Positions 20,826 to 29,307 of a stretch of DNA of 34,477 nucleotides are shown in pieces. Within the stretch, counting starts at the first letter, position 1, and every line of letters starts with the position of its first letter. Position numbers and translations under genes: made by a program. This stretch comes from Gammaproteobacteria bacterium (lineage in GTDB: Bacteria; Pseudomonadota; Gammaproteobacteria; Pseudomonadales; Pseudomonadaceae), in assembly GCA_012800475.1 (NCBI GenBank), contig JAAZJF010000092.1, positions 1-34,477 on the forward strand, given 5' to 3'. The notes under the pieces were generated by a model. The model did no database searches. It saw only the letters and a list, made by a program, of their open reading frames with translations, and had not been told where the DNA came from.

Positions 20826-22357
20826 CAGGGCTTGAATGGGCGCAATTTGTCGCGCCGGTCTTGTTGGGTATCGGTGTGCTGGGCGCTGCAGTAGGGCAAT
20901 TTGTGCGTGGGCAACGCTTAGCGCAGCAGCTGGCTGAGCAACAAAGCGTTTTGATGCAGGCACAGCAGCAACTGCATGAACAAGACACTGAGTTGCAAGT
21001 ATTGGGCAGTCAGCAAGATCAACTCTATGAACAACTCAAGCAGCGTGAAGCCGATGTACAGCAGCTGAAAAATGAACACACTCAGATGCATGCGCAGCTG
21101 CTGCACAGCCGCGGAACCGCGGATGCTGCGCAGGCCAGCTACACTGAGATTAAGCAGCAGCGACACAGTCGTGAGCAGGCGTTGCAGCAACTGCAAGCGC
21201 AACATACTGAGTTGCAGCAACAGTACCAGCAGTTGCAACAAGATTTTAGATCCTTGCAGGGTTTAAGTGCCCAGAAGGAGCAGCATTTGCTTGAGCAGCA
21301 GCAGTTGCTTAAAGACAGTCGTGAGCAATTAAAGCTTGAGTTTGAACAGCTTGCTACACAGATTTTTGAAGCGCGCGGGCAGTCATTAACACACAGTAGT
21401 CAGCAGTCATTGGAAGCGATGTTAAAGCCGTTTCGTGAGCAGATTGATAGTTTTCGCCAGAAAGTTGAAGACATTCATCATAAAGATGTGCAGCAGCAAG
21501 CCTCCTTGCAACAGCAATTATTACAGCTCAAAGATCTCAATCAGCAAATCACGCAAGAAGCGCATGAGTTAAGTCGAGCATTGCGTGGACAGACCAAAAC
21601 TCAAGGTCATTGGGGTGAGTTGATTTTAGAAAATGTCTTGCAGCGAGCCGGCTTAGAGTTGGGTAAGGATTTTGCACGCGAAGTCAGTTTCAATACCAGC
21701 GAAGGGCGTAAGCGTCCTGATGCTATTGTGTATTTACCGCAAAATAAACACTTGATTATCGATGCTAAAGTTTCGCTCAATGCCTATTTGCGCTATGTCA
21801 ATACAGATGATGAGCGTGTGCGCGCGCAGGCGCTAAGTGAGCATGTCAGTGCATTTTCAGCGCGTGTAGCTGAATTGGCTGAGCGTGATTATGCGGCTCT
21901 GCCGGGTTTAAATGCACCGGATATGGTGTTTATGTTTGTACCCATAGAGTCGGCTTTTGCCGATGCTGTGCGTGCTGATGATACTTTGTTGCAGCGTGCG
22001 ATTGAGCAAAATATTTTAATTGCTACGCCCAGTACCTTGTTGGCAAGTTTGACTGTGGTACGCCAGTTATGGCGTTTTGAGGAGCAAAGTCGCAGCACGG
22101 CTGAACTGGCTGAGCGCGCCAGTAAAGTGTATGACAAATTGCGAATCTTTTTGGGCAGCATGGATGGTATTGGTCAGAGTTTGGATCGTGCTCAAGAGGC
22201 GTATCGCAAAGCCTGTGATCAGCTGGTCAATGGTCGAGGTAACTTGATTAAGCAGGCGAGTGATTTTCAGCAGTTGGGTGTCGCGGTCAAAACCGAAATT
22301 GCTGAGCAATGGCAAGACCGCGCACGCTTGGAGTTAACGCATACTGAACAGGATTAA
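20813..22357 (+). CDS. rmuC: DNA recombination protein RmuC
   Basis: N-terminal TM helix, Gln-rich coiled coil, QGHWGELILENVL, RPD...IIDAKVSL nuclease-like motif, and FMFVPIE. Confidence 0.93.
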   Translation: MLGLTGLEWAQFVAPVLLGIGVLGAAVGQFVRGQRLAQQLAEQQSVLMQAQQQLHEQDTELQVLGSQQDQLYEQLKQREADVQQLKNEHTQMHAQLLHSRGTADAAQASYTEIKQQRHSREQALQQLQAQHTELQQQYQQLQQDFRSLQGLSAQKEQHLLEQQQLLKDSREQLKLEFEQLATQIFEARGQSLTHSSQQSLEAMLKPFREQIDSFRQKVEDIHHKDVQQQASLQQQLLQLKDLNQQITQEAHELSRALRGQTKTQGHWGELILENVLQRAGLELGKDFAREVSFNTSEGRKRPDAIVYLPQNKHLIIDAKVSLNAYLRYVNTDDERVRAQALSEHVSAFSARVAELAERDYAALPGLNAPDMVFMFVPIESAFADAVRADDTLLQRAIEQNILIATPSTLLASLTVVRQLWRFEEQSRSTAELAERASKVYDKLRIFLGSMDGIGQSLDRAQEAYRKACDQLVNGRGNLIKQASDFQQLGVAVKTEIAEQWQDRARLELTHTEQD

Positions 22358-22800
22358 CTGTTGAGATGCTTGAGTAGCTGTTGTACTGCGCTGATTGAGT
22401 CCTTTTTATGCCGCAGCTCTAACTCATTAAGTTGCTGCATAAAGGGTTGTTTTTCAGCTGAGCTGAGCGCGCGCCATGCATCATGTGTGGGGATGTGTTG
22501 TGTGGCGCTAAACACTTTCTGTAAGACTTGATAGTCTGCGTGCATGGTCATATCAGCATCGTAGTGATCAAGAATCACTTTGATCCGAATACAACCTTCA
22601 GCCCAAGGCATTTGTTCAGTTAAAAAACCATTGGCCAATACGATTAAATCGTCACGACGTTGACGCTTTTGTTGCGCTTGACGTGCTTGCTCTAGGCGTT
22701 GAGCTTGCCATACGCGACGCCATAACAGCGTTGCGTATCCTGCTAAGCCAATAACGCAGACGGTCGCTACAATAAGCCACATACTTGAAGATGTCTGCAC
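22354..22800 (-). CDS. DUF2489 family membrane-anchored protein
   Basis: N-terminal TM helix ending LAGYATLLWRRV, plus EGCIRIKVILD and HIPTHDAWRALS motifs. Probable start is the GTG at 22800 (alternative ATG at 22782), not 22857. Confidence 0.8.
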   Translation of the reverse strand: MQTSSSMWLIVATVCVIGLAGYATLLWRRVWQAQRLEQARQAQQKRQRRDDLIVLANGFLTEQMPWAEGCIRIKVILDHYDADMTMHADYQVLQKVFSATQHIPTHDAWRALSSAEKQPFMQQLNELELRHKKDSISAVQQLLKHLNS

Positions 22801-22801
22801 G

Positions 22802-22996
22802 TTAGGCACCGTGACATTTTTTGTACTTTTTCTCACTGCCACAAGGGCATGGATCATTACGGCCTACCGTTTTTAACGGGTTGCGTACGGGTTCGTGATG
22901 ACCATGATTGCAATGCGGACCATGCACATGAGGCGTAGGCTCTTGGGGGTGGTCGTGATTGCAGTCGGGGCCGTGAACGTGTTCTGTAGAAGACAT
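22802..22996 (-). CDS. His-rich SEC-C metal-binding motif protein
   Basis: Two HVHGPxCNH repeats followed by [19 protein letters not shown]. Confidence 0.9.
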   Translation of the reverse strand: MSSTEHVHGPDCNHDHPQEPTPHVHGPHCNHGHHEPVRNPLKTVGRNDPCPCGSEKKYKKCHGA

Positions 22997-23001
22997 AGTA
23001 G

Positions 23002-23499
23002 TTACTCGCGAATATAGTCGCCGGGAATGATATCACCGTGGCGCAGAATATTGATTTTTTTACCCAATAAAAGACCTGTACTTACATCAGCATGCAAAGC
23101 GTAATGAATAGGCTGGTCTGGTTTTTCCAGCATACGCATAATTACTTTCATGTGCCGCCACAAATTGGTGTGTACAGGTATTTTAAAATAGGCATATGAG
23201 TTGCCAGGCACCGTCAACCATTGATTATTGGTACCGGTCGCCAGTGGCGTGTCATTGAGCATGACGCGGTAATTGATACTGCGCATGGGAAGGCTTTTTG
23301 AGTTGGGGTTATCAATGCGAAAGTGCAGTACAAATTGTTGCTCAAGCAGTTTGGCGTGAATAAGTTCAACATCAACTAACTGTATATCAGGCGTTTTAAA
23401 ACTACTGCCGACCCATGTTGAACAGCCGCTGAGTGCGCTCAATAGACTCAATAATAGTAACAGTGCCGGTGTTTTTCTTGTGGACACTAAATAGCTCAT
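23002..23499 (-). CDS. LEA type 2 (WHy domain) lipoprotein
   Basis: LSGC lipobox after a hydrophobic stretch and the FRIDNPN WHy motif. Start moved to the ATG at 23499, which has GGAG upstream. Confidence 0.87.
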   Translation of the reverse strand: MSYLVSTRKTPALLLLLSLLSALSGCSTWVGSSFKTPDIQLVDVELIHAKLLEQQFVLHFRIDNPNSKSLPMRSINYRVMLNDTPLATGTNNQWLTVPGNSYAYFKIPVHTNLWRHMKVIMRMLEKPDQPIHYALHADVSTGLLLGKKINILRHGDIIPGDYIRE

Positions 23500-23670
23500 C
23501 GATGAACTCCAAATTGTGCGGCAATACAACACGTCAATATTAAACAAAATACATTGTTAACCATGCACAGTGCCTGTTTATGCGCTGGATATCAATTAAA
23601 TTGCGCTGCCTATCATTCTTGATAGTGCGGGGGTTATGCAATGCTTGCTAGAGGTGTGATTGAATTTTAT

Positions 23671-24141
23671 TTAAATGTAAGGCGCGCAGCATTTTTTAAA
23701 TTTTAAACCACTTGAACATGGGCACACAGCATTGCGCTCAGCTCGCAAAGGGACATTGGGATCATAAAAATACCATTGCTGCGCGGGTTTAATAAAGAGC
23801 GAAGTTTCGTGATGCTGGTGGCGTCCCTGGGCATCTTCCCAGTGCGCAATAAACTCAACATAAGCGTGGCGTTGATCATCTGCCAGTGTGCTGCGCAGGA
23901 CCTCTAAGCCACGCCACTGACTATTACGGCTCCAGTGTGCGATGCCTTCTAAGTCAAGTTGAGCTTGTTGGGCGGGCAGGGTGGTGGCCTGAATAAAGGC
24001 AATATCATGCTTGACGTAAGCGCTGTACCGCGCGCGCATTAAGGTCTGTGCAGTGTCAGCGTGTTGGCCTAAATGGTATGGCTCACAACAGGCGTTGTAG
24101 CTTGTATCGCTAGTGCATGGGCAGGTTGAAATAACAGTCAT
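23671..24141 (-). CDS. ychJ: YchJ family protein (UPF0225 with SEC-C motifs)
   Basis: N-terminal CPC...YNACC.PYH, LMRARYSAY, VEFIAHW...HHETSLF...WYFYD, and C-terminal RNAVCPCSSGLKFKKCC. Start moved to 24141. Confidence 0.9.
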   Translation of the reverse strand: MTVISTCPCTSDTSYNACCEPYHLGQHADTAQTLMRARYSAYVKHDIAFIQATTLPAQQAQLDLEGIAHWSRNSQWRGLEVLRSTLADDQRHAYVEFIAHWEDAQGRHQHHETSLFIKPAQQWYFYDPNVPLRAERNAVCPCSSGLKFKKCCAPYI

Positions 24142-24199
24142 CAGTAATCCATAGAGCAGAAAACGTTTAAGCAGGCTATTATACGTCCAATAATGAACA

Positions 24200-24215
24200 C
24201 TGAACAAACGTACAG
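24200..24215. promoter_or_regulatory. LexA (SOS) box upstream of dinG
   Basis: CTGAACAAACGTACAG (reverse complement CTGTACGTTTGTTCAG) fits CTG-N10-CAG with A/T flanks and lies 20 nt before the dinG ATG. dinG is a known LexA target. Confidence 0.8.
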
Positions 24216-24235
24216 TTCGACAAAGTGGATAGAGC

Positions 24236-26380
24236 ATGCTGAGCGATGAATTAAAAAAAACCATTCAAGGCGCATACACACGCTTTTTAGAGGCTAAAGG
24301 ACTTAAAGCACGCTACGGGCAGCGCTTAATGATTGCTGAAGTTGCGAAGGTTTTAGGAACTATTGCAGTGGATGAAGAAGGTAAGCGTGCTGGTGATCCC
24401 GCCGTGGTGGCTATTGAAGCAGGAACGGGGACAGGTAAAACAGTCGCTTACAGCCTAGCGGCCATTCCTGTTGCGCGTGCCGCCGGTAAGCGCTTGGTGA
24501 TTGCCACTGCGACTGTGGCACTGCAAGAGCAAATTGTGGATAAAGATTTACCCGATATTATTAAAAATAGTGGCCTGCACTTCACCTATGCTTTGGCTAA
24601 AGGTCGTGGGCGCTATTTATGCTTATCAAAACTCGATGCTTTGTCGCAGCATGGTGAAGCAGAGCAGGCCACCGCGCAGTTGTTTGCCGATGAAGGCTTT
24701 AATATTGCGGTGGATAGCGACAGCGAAAAACTTTTTAGCGACATGATTAATAAATTAGCCAGTAACCGTTGGGACGGTGATCGCGATGCTTGGCCGACCG
24801 TGCTGGAAGATAGCACGTGGTCACAAGTGACCACGGACCATACGCAGTGCACAGGCCGTCATTGCGCTAATTTTCAGCAGTGTGCGTTTTATAAAGCACG
24901 CGAAGGTATGACCAAAGTGGATGTGATTGTGACCAATCACGATATGGTTTTGGCGGATTTAGCCTTGGGTGGTGGGGCCGTGCTGCCTGATCCGCGTGAA
25001 ACGATCTATGTCTTTGATGAAGGCCATCATTTGCCCGATAAAGCCATTAATCATTTTGCGCATTTTACCCGCTTGCGTTCCACCGCTGACTGGTTGGGGC
25101 AAGTTGAAAAAAACATCACGCGCTTATTGGCTCAGAATCCCTTACCCGGCGATTTTGGACGTCTACTCGACCCCGTGCCGGAGCTAGCTAAGGGGTTGCG
25201 CACCCAGATGCAGTTTATGTTTACCTTATGTGAGCAAATTGCTGAGTTTCGTCCGAACACCGATCCTGATAGTTACGATAAGCCGCGCTATCGTTTTGTC
25301 GGTGGCGTGATCCCTAAGGAATTGGGTGAGCTGGGGGTTGATTTGAAAAAAGAATGCATTCGGCTGACGGATATTTTCACTCGCGTGACAGATTTGTTAA
25401 AAAAAGCGATGGATGGTGAGCCAGGGTTGGGTGTACCGAGCCAGCAGGCCGAAGAGTGGTACCCGTTATTTGGTAGCTTGCAGGCTCGCGCCGATGCGAA
25501 TCAGGAGTTATGGACCGCTTTTACTGCTGAAGATCCAGAAGAAAGCCCGCCGATGGCGCGTTGGTTGTCATTGGCTGACAGCGGTGGCGCTTTTGATATT
25601 GAAGTCAATGCCAGTCCGATTTTAGCCGCACAAACCTTGCGTCGACATTTATGGAATGTCGCTCACGGTGCTTTAGTGACATCAGCAACCTTAACGGCAT
25701 TAGGGAAGTTTGATCGCTTTAATATGCGTGCAGGTTTACCCTTTGAAGCCAAGAAAGCGGTAGTGCCGAGTCCGTTTAAATATGCCGAAGCTGGGGTGCT
25801 ACGCGTACCTGATTTGCGGGCTGACCCGCGTGATGCAGATGCTCATACGCAGGCTATTGTGCGCGAGTTACCGACGATCTTAGAGGGTGCGCAAGGCAGT
25901 TTAGTCTTGTTTTCTTCACGCCGACAGATGCAGGATGTATTTGAGGCTGTAGATCGCGAATGGCGCAAGCGTGTATTAATACAAGGCAGCTTGTCACGTC
26001 AAGAAACCTTAGCCAAACATAAAGCTCAGATTGATAAAGGTGAAATCAGTGTACTGTTTGGTTTAGCCAGCTTTGCTGAAGGGATCGACTTACCCGGTGC
26101 TTATTGTCAGCATGTGGTGATTGCCAAAATTCCTTTTGCAGTGCCAGATGATCCAGTTGAAGCTGCATTATCGGAATGGATTGAAGCGCGTGGCGGAAAT
26201 CCGTTTATGGAAATTGCCGTGCCGGATGCGTCATTGCGTTTAATACAGGCTTGCGGGCGTTTACTGCGCAATGAGCAAGACACCGGTAGCGTGACCTTGC
26301 TCGATCGGCGCTTAGTGACGCAAAGGTATGGCAAAGCTATTTTAAATTCTTTGCCGCCTTTTCGTCGTGAAATTGATTAA
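24236..26380 (+). CDS. dinG: ATP-dependent DNA helicase DinG (Fe-S)
   Basis: EAGTGTGKT, Fe-S cysteines (YLC...CTGRHCANFQQC), DEGHH, TSATL and QACGRLLR. Confidence 0.96.
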   Translation: MLSDELKKTIQGAYTRFLEAKGLKARYGQRLMIAEVAKVLGTIAVDEEGKRAGDPAVVAIEAGTGTGKTVAYSLAAIPVARAAGKRLVIATATVALQEQIVDKDLPDIIKNSGLHFTYALAKGRGRYLCLSKLDALSQHGEAEQATAQLFADEGFNIAVDSDSEKLFSDMINKLASNRWDGDRDAWPTVLEDSTWSQVTTDHTQCTGRHCANFQQCAFYKAREGMTKVDVIVTNHDMVLADLALGGGAVLPDPRETIYVFDEGHHLPDKAINHFAHFTRLRSTADWLGQVEKNITRLLAQNPLPGDFGRLLDPVPELAKGLRTQMQFMFTLCEQIAEFRPNTDPDSYDKPRYRFVGGVIPKELGELGVDLKKECIRLTDIFTRVTDLLKKAMDGEPGLGVPSQQAEEWYPLFGSLQARADANQELWTAFTAEDPEESPPMARWLSLADSGGAFDIEVNASPILAAQTLRRHLWNVAHGALVTSATLTALGKFDRFNMRAGLPFEAKKAVVPSPFKYAEAGVLRVPDLRADPRDADAHTQAIVRELPTILEGAQGSLVLFSSRRQMQDVFEAVDREWRKRVLIQGSLSRQETLAKHKAQIDKGEISVLFGLASFAEGIDLPGAYCQHVVIAKIPFAVPDDPVEAALSEWIEARGGNPFMEIAVPDASLRLIQACGRLLRNEQDTGSVTLLDRRLVTQRYGKAILNSLPPFRREID

Positions 26381-26409
26381 AGACGTACTCATTAGAAACA
26401 GAGGTTGGT

Positions 26410-27555
26410 ATGCATCTTGATGGTTACAGTGACAGTGCGTTTGGTGACGTGCTGGATGTCTTTACACAAATTCTTGAAGAGCCTGAGCAGCGTGGCGCCG
26501 CTTTATGTGTGCAAGTGGCTGGCGAAACTGTGCTTGATGTGTGGGGTGGGGTGATTGATCGCCACGGCGAGCAGTTGTGGCAGCGCGATACCTTAGTCAA
26601 TATTTTTTCCAGTGGTAAGCCGGTCGCAGCCGTTGTATTACTGCAGATGGTTGAGCAAGGGCGTTTAGATTTAGATACGCCTATAGCTGAATATTGGCCA
26701 GAATTTACGCAGCAGGGTAAGCACGCTATCACTCTGCGTCAGGTGTTAAGTCATCGCGCAGGCTTGCCTGCCATAGTGGAGCCGATGGCGGCGGATGCGC
26801 TCTATGATTGGTCGCGCATGCTGGACGCTGTGCAACAAACCCCGCCGTGGTGGACGCCTGACAGTGCTCACGGTTACGCCCCAATGACCTACGGCTGGTT
26901 AGTGGGCGAGTTAATGCGCCGTGTGGATAGTTGTGAACCTAGAGCAGCGATTGCACAACGTATTACCGAGCCCTTAGGGTTGGAATTGTATTTAGGCGTG
27001 ACCGAGGAGCAGTTACCTCGTGTGGGTGATGTGATGCGTATGAAGGGTGCGGTCACCGACCCGACTGCGCTGCGCTTAATGCGTGAAATGGGCCAGACAC
27101 CACAAGGGCTGACAGCCAAAGCGTTTACCAATCCGCCCTCGATGATGACCAGTACCAATAGCCTGCAGTGGCGTTCTATGCAGCAGCCCGCAGCAAATAT
27201 GCATGGTACAGCGCGTGGTTTGGCAGGTTTTTATAGCGCTTTATTACAAGGCCGCTTGCTCAGCAGTGAGATGTTCAGTCATTTTCAGCAAGAGCACAGT
27301 GTTGGAACAGATTTGACTTTGCTCACCCCGACTCGTTTTGGTTTAGGTTGTATGTTGGAACAAGCTGATCAGCCGCCTGCAACCTATGCGCTAGGTGCGC
27401 GCAGCTTTGGTCACCCTGGAGCGGGCGGTACGTTAGGTTGTGCTGATCCTGAGCGCGAAGTCAGTGTGGCCTTTGTGACCAATAGTTTAGGCCCAAGTGT
27501 CTTGATGGATCCGCGCGCGCAAAAAATCAATGCCATGCTCAAGCGCTGCCTCTAA
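26410..27555 (+). CDS. Serine hydrolase, beta-lactamase fold (family VIII esterase, EstA-like)
   Basis: SxxK motif (FSSGK), LSHRAGL, catalytic Tyr in HGYAPMTYG, and FGHPGAGG. No signal peptide. Confidence 0.88.
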   Translation: MHLDGYSDSAFGDVLDVFTQILEEPEQRGAALCVQVAGETVLDVWGGVIDRHGEQLWQRDTLVNIFSSGKPVAAVVLLQMVEQGRLDLDTPIAEYWPEFTQQGKHAITLRQVLSHRAGLPAIVEPMAADALYDWSRMLDAVQQTPPWWTPDSAHGYAPMTYGWLVGELMRRVDSCEPRAAIAQRITEPLGLELYLGVTEEQLPRVGDVMRMKGAVTDPTALRLMREMGQTPQGLTAKAFTNPPSMMTSTNSLQWRSMQQPAANMHGTARGLAGFYSALLQGRLLSSEMFSHFQQEHSVGTDLTLLTPTRFGLGCMLEQADQPPATYALGARSFGHPGAGGTLGCADPEREVSVAFVTNSLGPSVLMDPRAQKINAMLKRCL

Positions 27556-27632
27556 GTAGCATAAAAACTTTCAGTCGCAAGATGGTTGTGGTGAAGGGGT
27601 TGCCTGTGTGATGGAGACCATCGCAGCGGTGC

Positions 27633-27650
27633 AGACACAGCGCTGTGTCT
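27633..27650. repeat. Perfect 18-bp palindrome in a convergent intergenic region
   Basis: AGACACAGCGCTGTGTCT equals its own reverse complement. Confidence 0.9.
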
Positions 27651-27704
27651 TAGAGTTGGGTATGTGCCGGCTGATTAACGAGCATGAAGACAAGAACTGA
27701 TCAG

Positions 27705-27742
27705 TATAAACAGCGCCATTGAATACCGTGGCGCTGTTTATA
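27705..27742. terminator. Bidirectional terminator-like hairpin at the end of folD
   Basis: TATAAACAGCGCCA-N10-TGGCGCTGTTTATA, a 14-bp perfect stem 6 nt after the folD stop. Confidence 0.8.
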
Positions 27743-27748
27743 TCGTGC

Positions 27749-28603
27749 TTAGACTGTAGCTTGCTCGCAAGCTTGGAGTGTGTTTTCTAGTAAGCATGCA
27801 CGGGTCATTGGGCCCACACCGCCGGGTACTGGAGTAATCCAAGCCGCGCGCTCAAGTGCTGCATCAAAACCCACGTCACCCACGAGTTTGCCATTGGCTT
27901 GGCGGTTAATGCCCACATCAATCACAATAGCGCCGGGTTTAATCCATTCGCCTTTAACTAAATCTGGAATGCCCACGGCGACGATAACTAAGTCGGCACG
28001 GCGTATGTGCTCTTCTAAATTGTGAGTGAAGCGGTGCGTCGTTGTCGTTGTGCAGCCTGCTAGCAGTAACTCTAGAGTCATGGGCCGGCCCACAATATTA
28101 GACGCACCCACGATCACTGCATCTAAACCGTGCAAATCCACACCAGTATGCGCCAGTAGCGTCATAATACCTTTAGGCGTGCATGAGCGCAGGAGTGGCA
28201 TACGTTGAGCGAGGCGGCCGACGTTATAAGGATGGAAGCCATCGACATCCTTATAGGGGTTGATGCGCTCAAGTAGCAGGGATGAGTCAAGGTGAGCAGG
28301 AAGTGGCAGCTGCACCAAAATGCCATCCACGCTATCGTCAGCGTTTAATGTATCAATCAGCTTGAGTAGCTCATCTTGTGTTGTTGTCGCCGGTAAATCG
28401 TAGGCTTTAGATTCAAAACCGACTTGCTCGCAGTCTTTACGCTTGTGCGCGACATACACCTCGGATGCTGGATCGCTGCCAACTAGAATTACGGCTAAGC
28501 CCGGTGCACGTAAACCTTGTGCTAGACGGTTTTGTACTTGTTGAGCGATAGTGTTACGAATATCTGCGGCAATCTGTTTGCCGTCAATCAATTGTGCTGT
28601 CAT
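27749..28603 (-). CDS. folD: Bifunctional methylenetetrahydrofolate dehydrogenase/cyclohydrolase
   Basis: MTAQLIDGK start (ATG at 28603), [17 protein letters not shown], and [12 protein letters not shown]. Confidence 0.97.
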   Translation of the reverse strand: MTAQLIDGKQIAADIRNTIAQQVQNRLAQGLRAPGLAVILVGSDPASEVYVAHKRKDCEQVGFESKAYDLPATTTQDELLKLIDTLNADDSVDGILVQLPLPAHLDSSLLLERINPYKDVDGFHPYNVGRLAQRMPLLRSCTPKGIMTLLAHTGVDLHGLDAVIVGASNIVGRPMTLELLLAGCTTTTTHRFTHNLEEHIRRADLVIVAVGIPDLVKGEWIKPGAIVIDVGINRQANGKLVGDVGFDAALERAAWITPVPGGVGPMTRACLLENTLQACEQATV

Positions 28604-28747
28604 GAGGTAATGAGCCATACTAATTTGAGTAAAAAAGATGGTAGCTATTCTCGCACGACCGACCGCATCGGGCAAAGATGCAAGAGAAGTATTTTATTAA
28701 TGTTGGCTATCTATTTGATTCTTTTATACTTATTTTCAAAATAGTAG

Positions 28748-28776
28748 TTGACAGGTCCTAGGGATCTCTCTAATAT
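28748..28776 (+). promoter_or_regulatory. Sigma70 promoter of the tRNA operon with AT-rich UP region
   Basis: TTGACA-N17-TAATAT, an AT-rich tract at about 28690-28745, and a C-rich discriminator. Confidence 0.85.
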
Positions 28777-28882
28777 TCACCCCGCTCACCCAGTACAGCC
28801 TGAAGCTGATACGAAAACTGAACAAGTACAATTGGGCAGTGTTCGAGCTTAAAGTCAGATACTTTATAAGTGATGACAATAA

Positions 28883-28959
28883 GCGCCCGTAGCTCAGTCG
28901 GATAGAGCACCCGCCTTCTAAGCGGGTGGTCGCAGGTTCGAATCCTGCCGGGCGCGCCA
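28883..28959 (+). tRNA. tRNA-Arg (anticodon UCU)
   Basis: GCGCCCG acceptor stem, anticodon arm CCCGC-CTTCTAA-GCGGG, GGTTCGAATCC T-arm and encoded CCA. Confidence 0.97.
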
Positions 28960-29013
28960 TTAGGCGAAGCTGGTAAGTGAGAAAAGATTCATGTAGTATG
29001 CAACACGCAATAT

Positions 29014-29090
29014 GGTGGGCGTAGCTCAGTTGGTAGAGCACGGGATTGTGATTCCCGGTGTCGTGGGTTCGAGACCCATCGTCCACCCCA
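29014..29090 (+). tRNA. tRNA-His (anticodon GUG), including G-1
   Basis: Anticodon arm CGGGA-TTGTGAT-TCCCG, GGTTCGAGACC T-arm and encoded CCA. Confidence 0.97.
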
Positions 29091-29138
29091 TATTTGGAAA
29101 ATATAATGCTGTTAATTAGCGTTATACGTGAGCAAGAA

Positions 29139-29223
29139 GCGGACGTGGTGGAATTGGTAGACACACCAGATTTAGGTTCTGGCGCCGCGAGGTGTGAGAG
29201 TTCGAGTCTCTCTGTCCGCACCA
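29139..29223 (+). tRNA. tRNA-Leu (anticodon UAG)
   Basis: Anticodon arm CCAGA-TTTAGGT-TCTGG, long variable arm, 85 nt and encoded CCA. Confidence 0.97.
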
Positions 29224-29256
29224 TACAAAGGCTCACAGATGAGTCCAGTAGCATTT

Positions 29257-29280
29257 AAGACCCTTAATTGGGGCTTTTTT
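29257..29280 (+). terminator. Weak terminator after the tRNA operon
   Basis: AAGACCC-ttaatt-GGGGCTT followed by a T run; the stem has one A-G mismatch. Confidence 0.5.
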
Positions 29281-29307
29281 GTGTCTGTCTATAAATCCAG
29301 GTGGCTT

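Noticed and set aside
20900-21560. CAG-rich repetitive DNA
   Set aside because: Explained by the Gln-rich coiled coil of RmuC; it is not a tandem array or CRISPR.
26410-27555. Possible AmpC-type resistance gene
   Set aside because: No signal peptide, YAP instead of YxN, and HPG instead of KTG; this fits a family VIII esterase.
28736-29258. 172-aa and 66-aa ORFs over the tRNA cluster
   Set aside because: They overlap three intact tRNA genes and are spurious.
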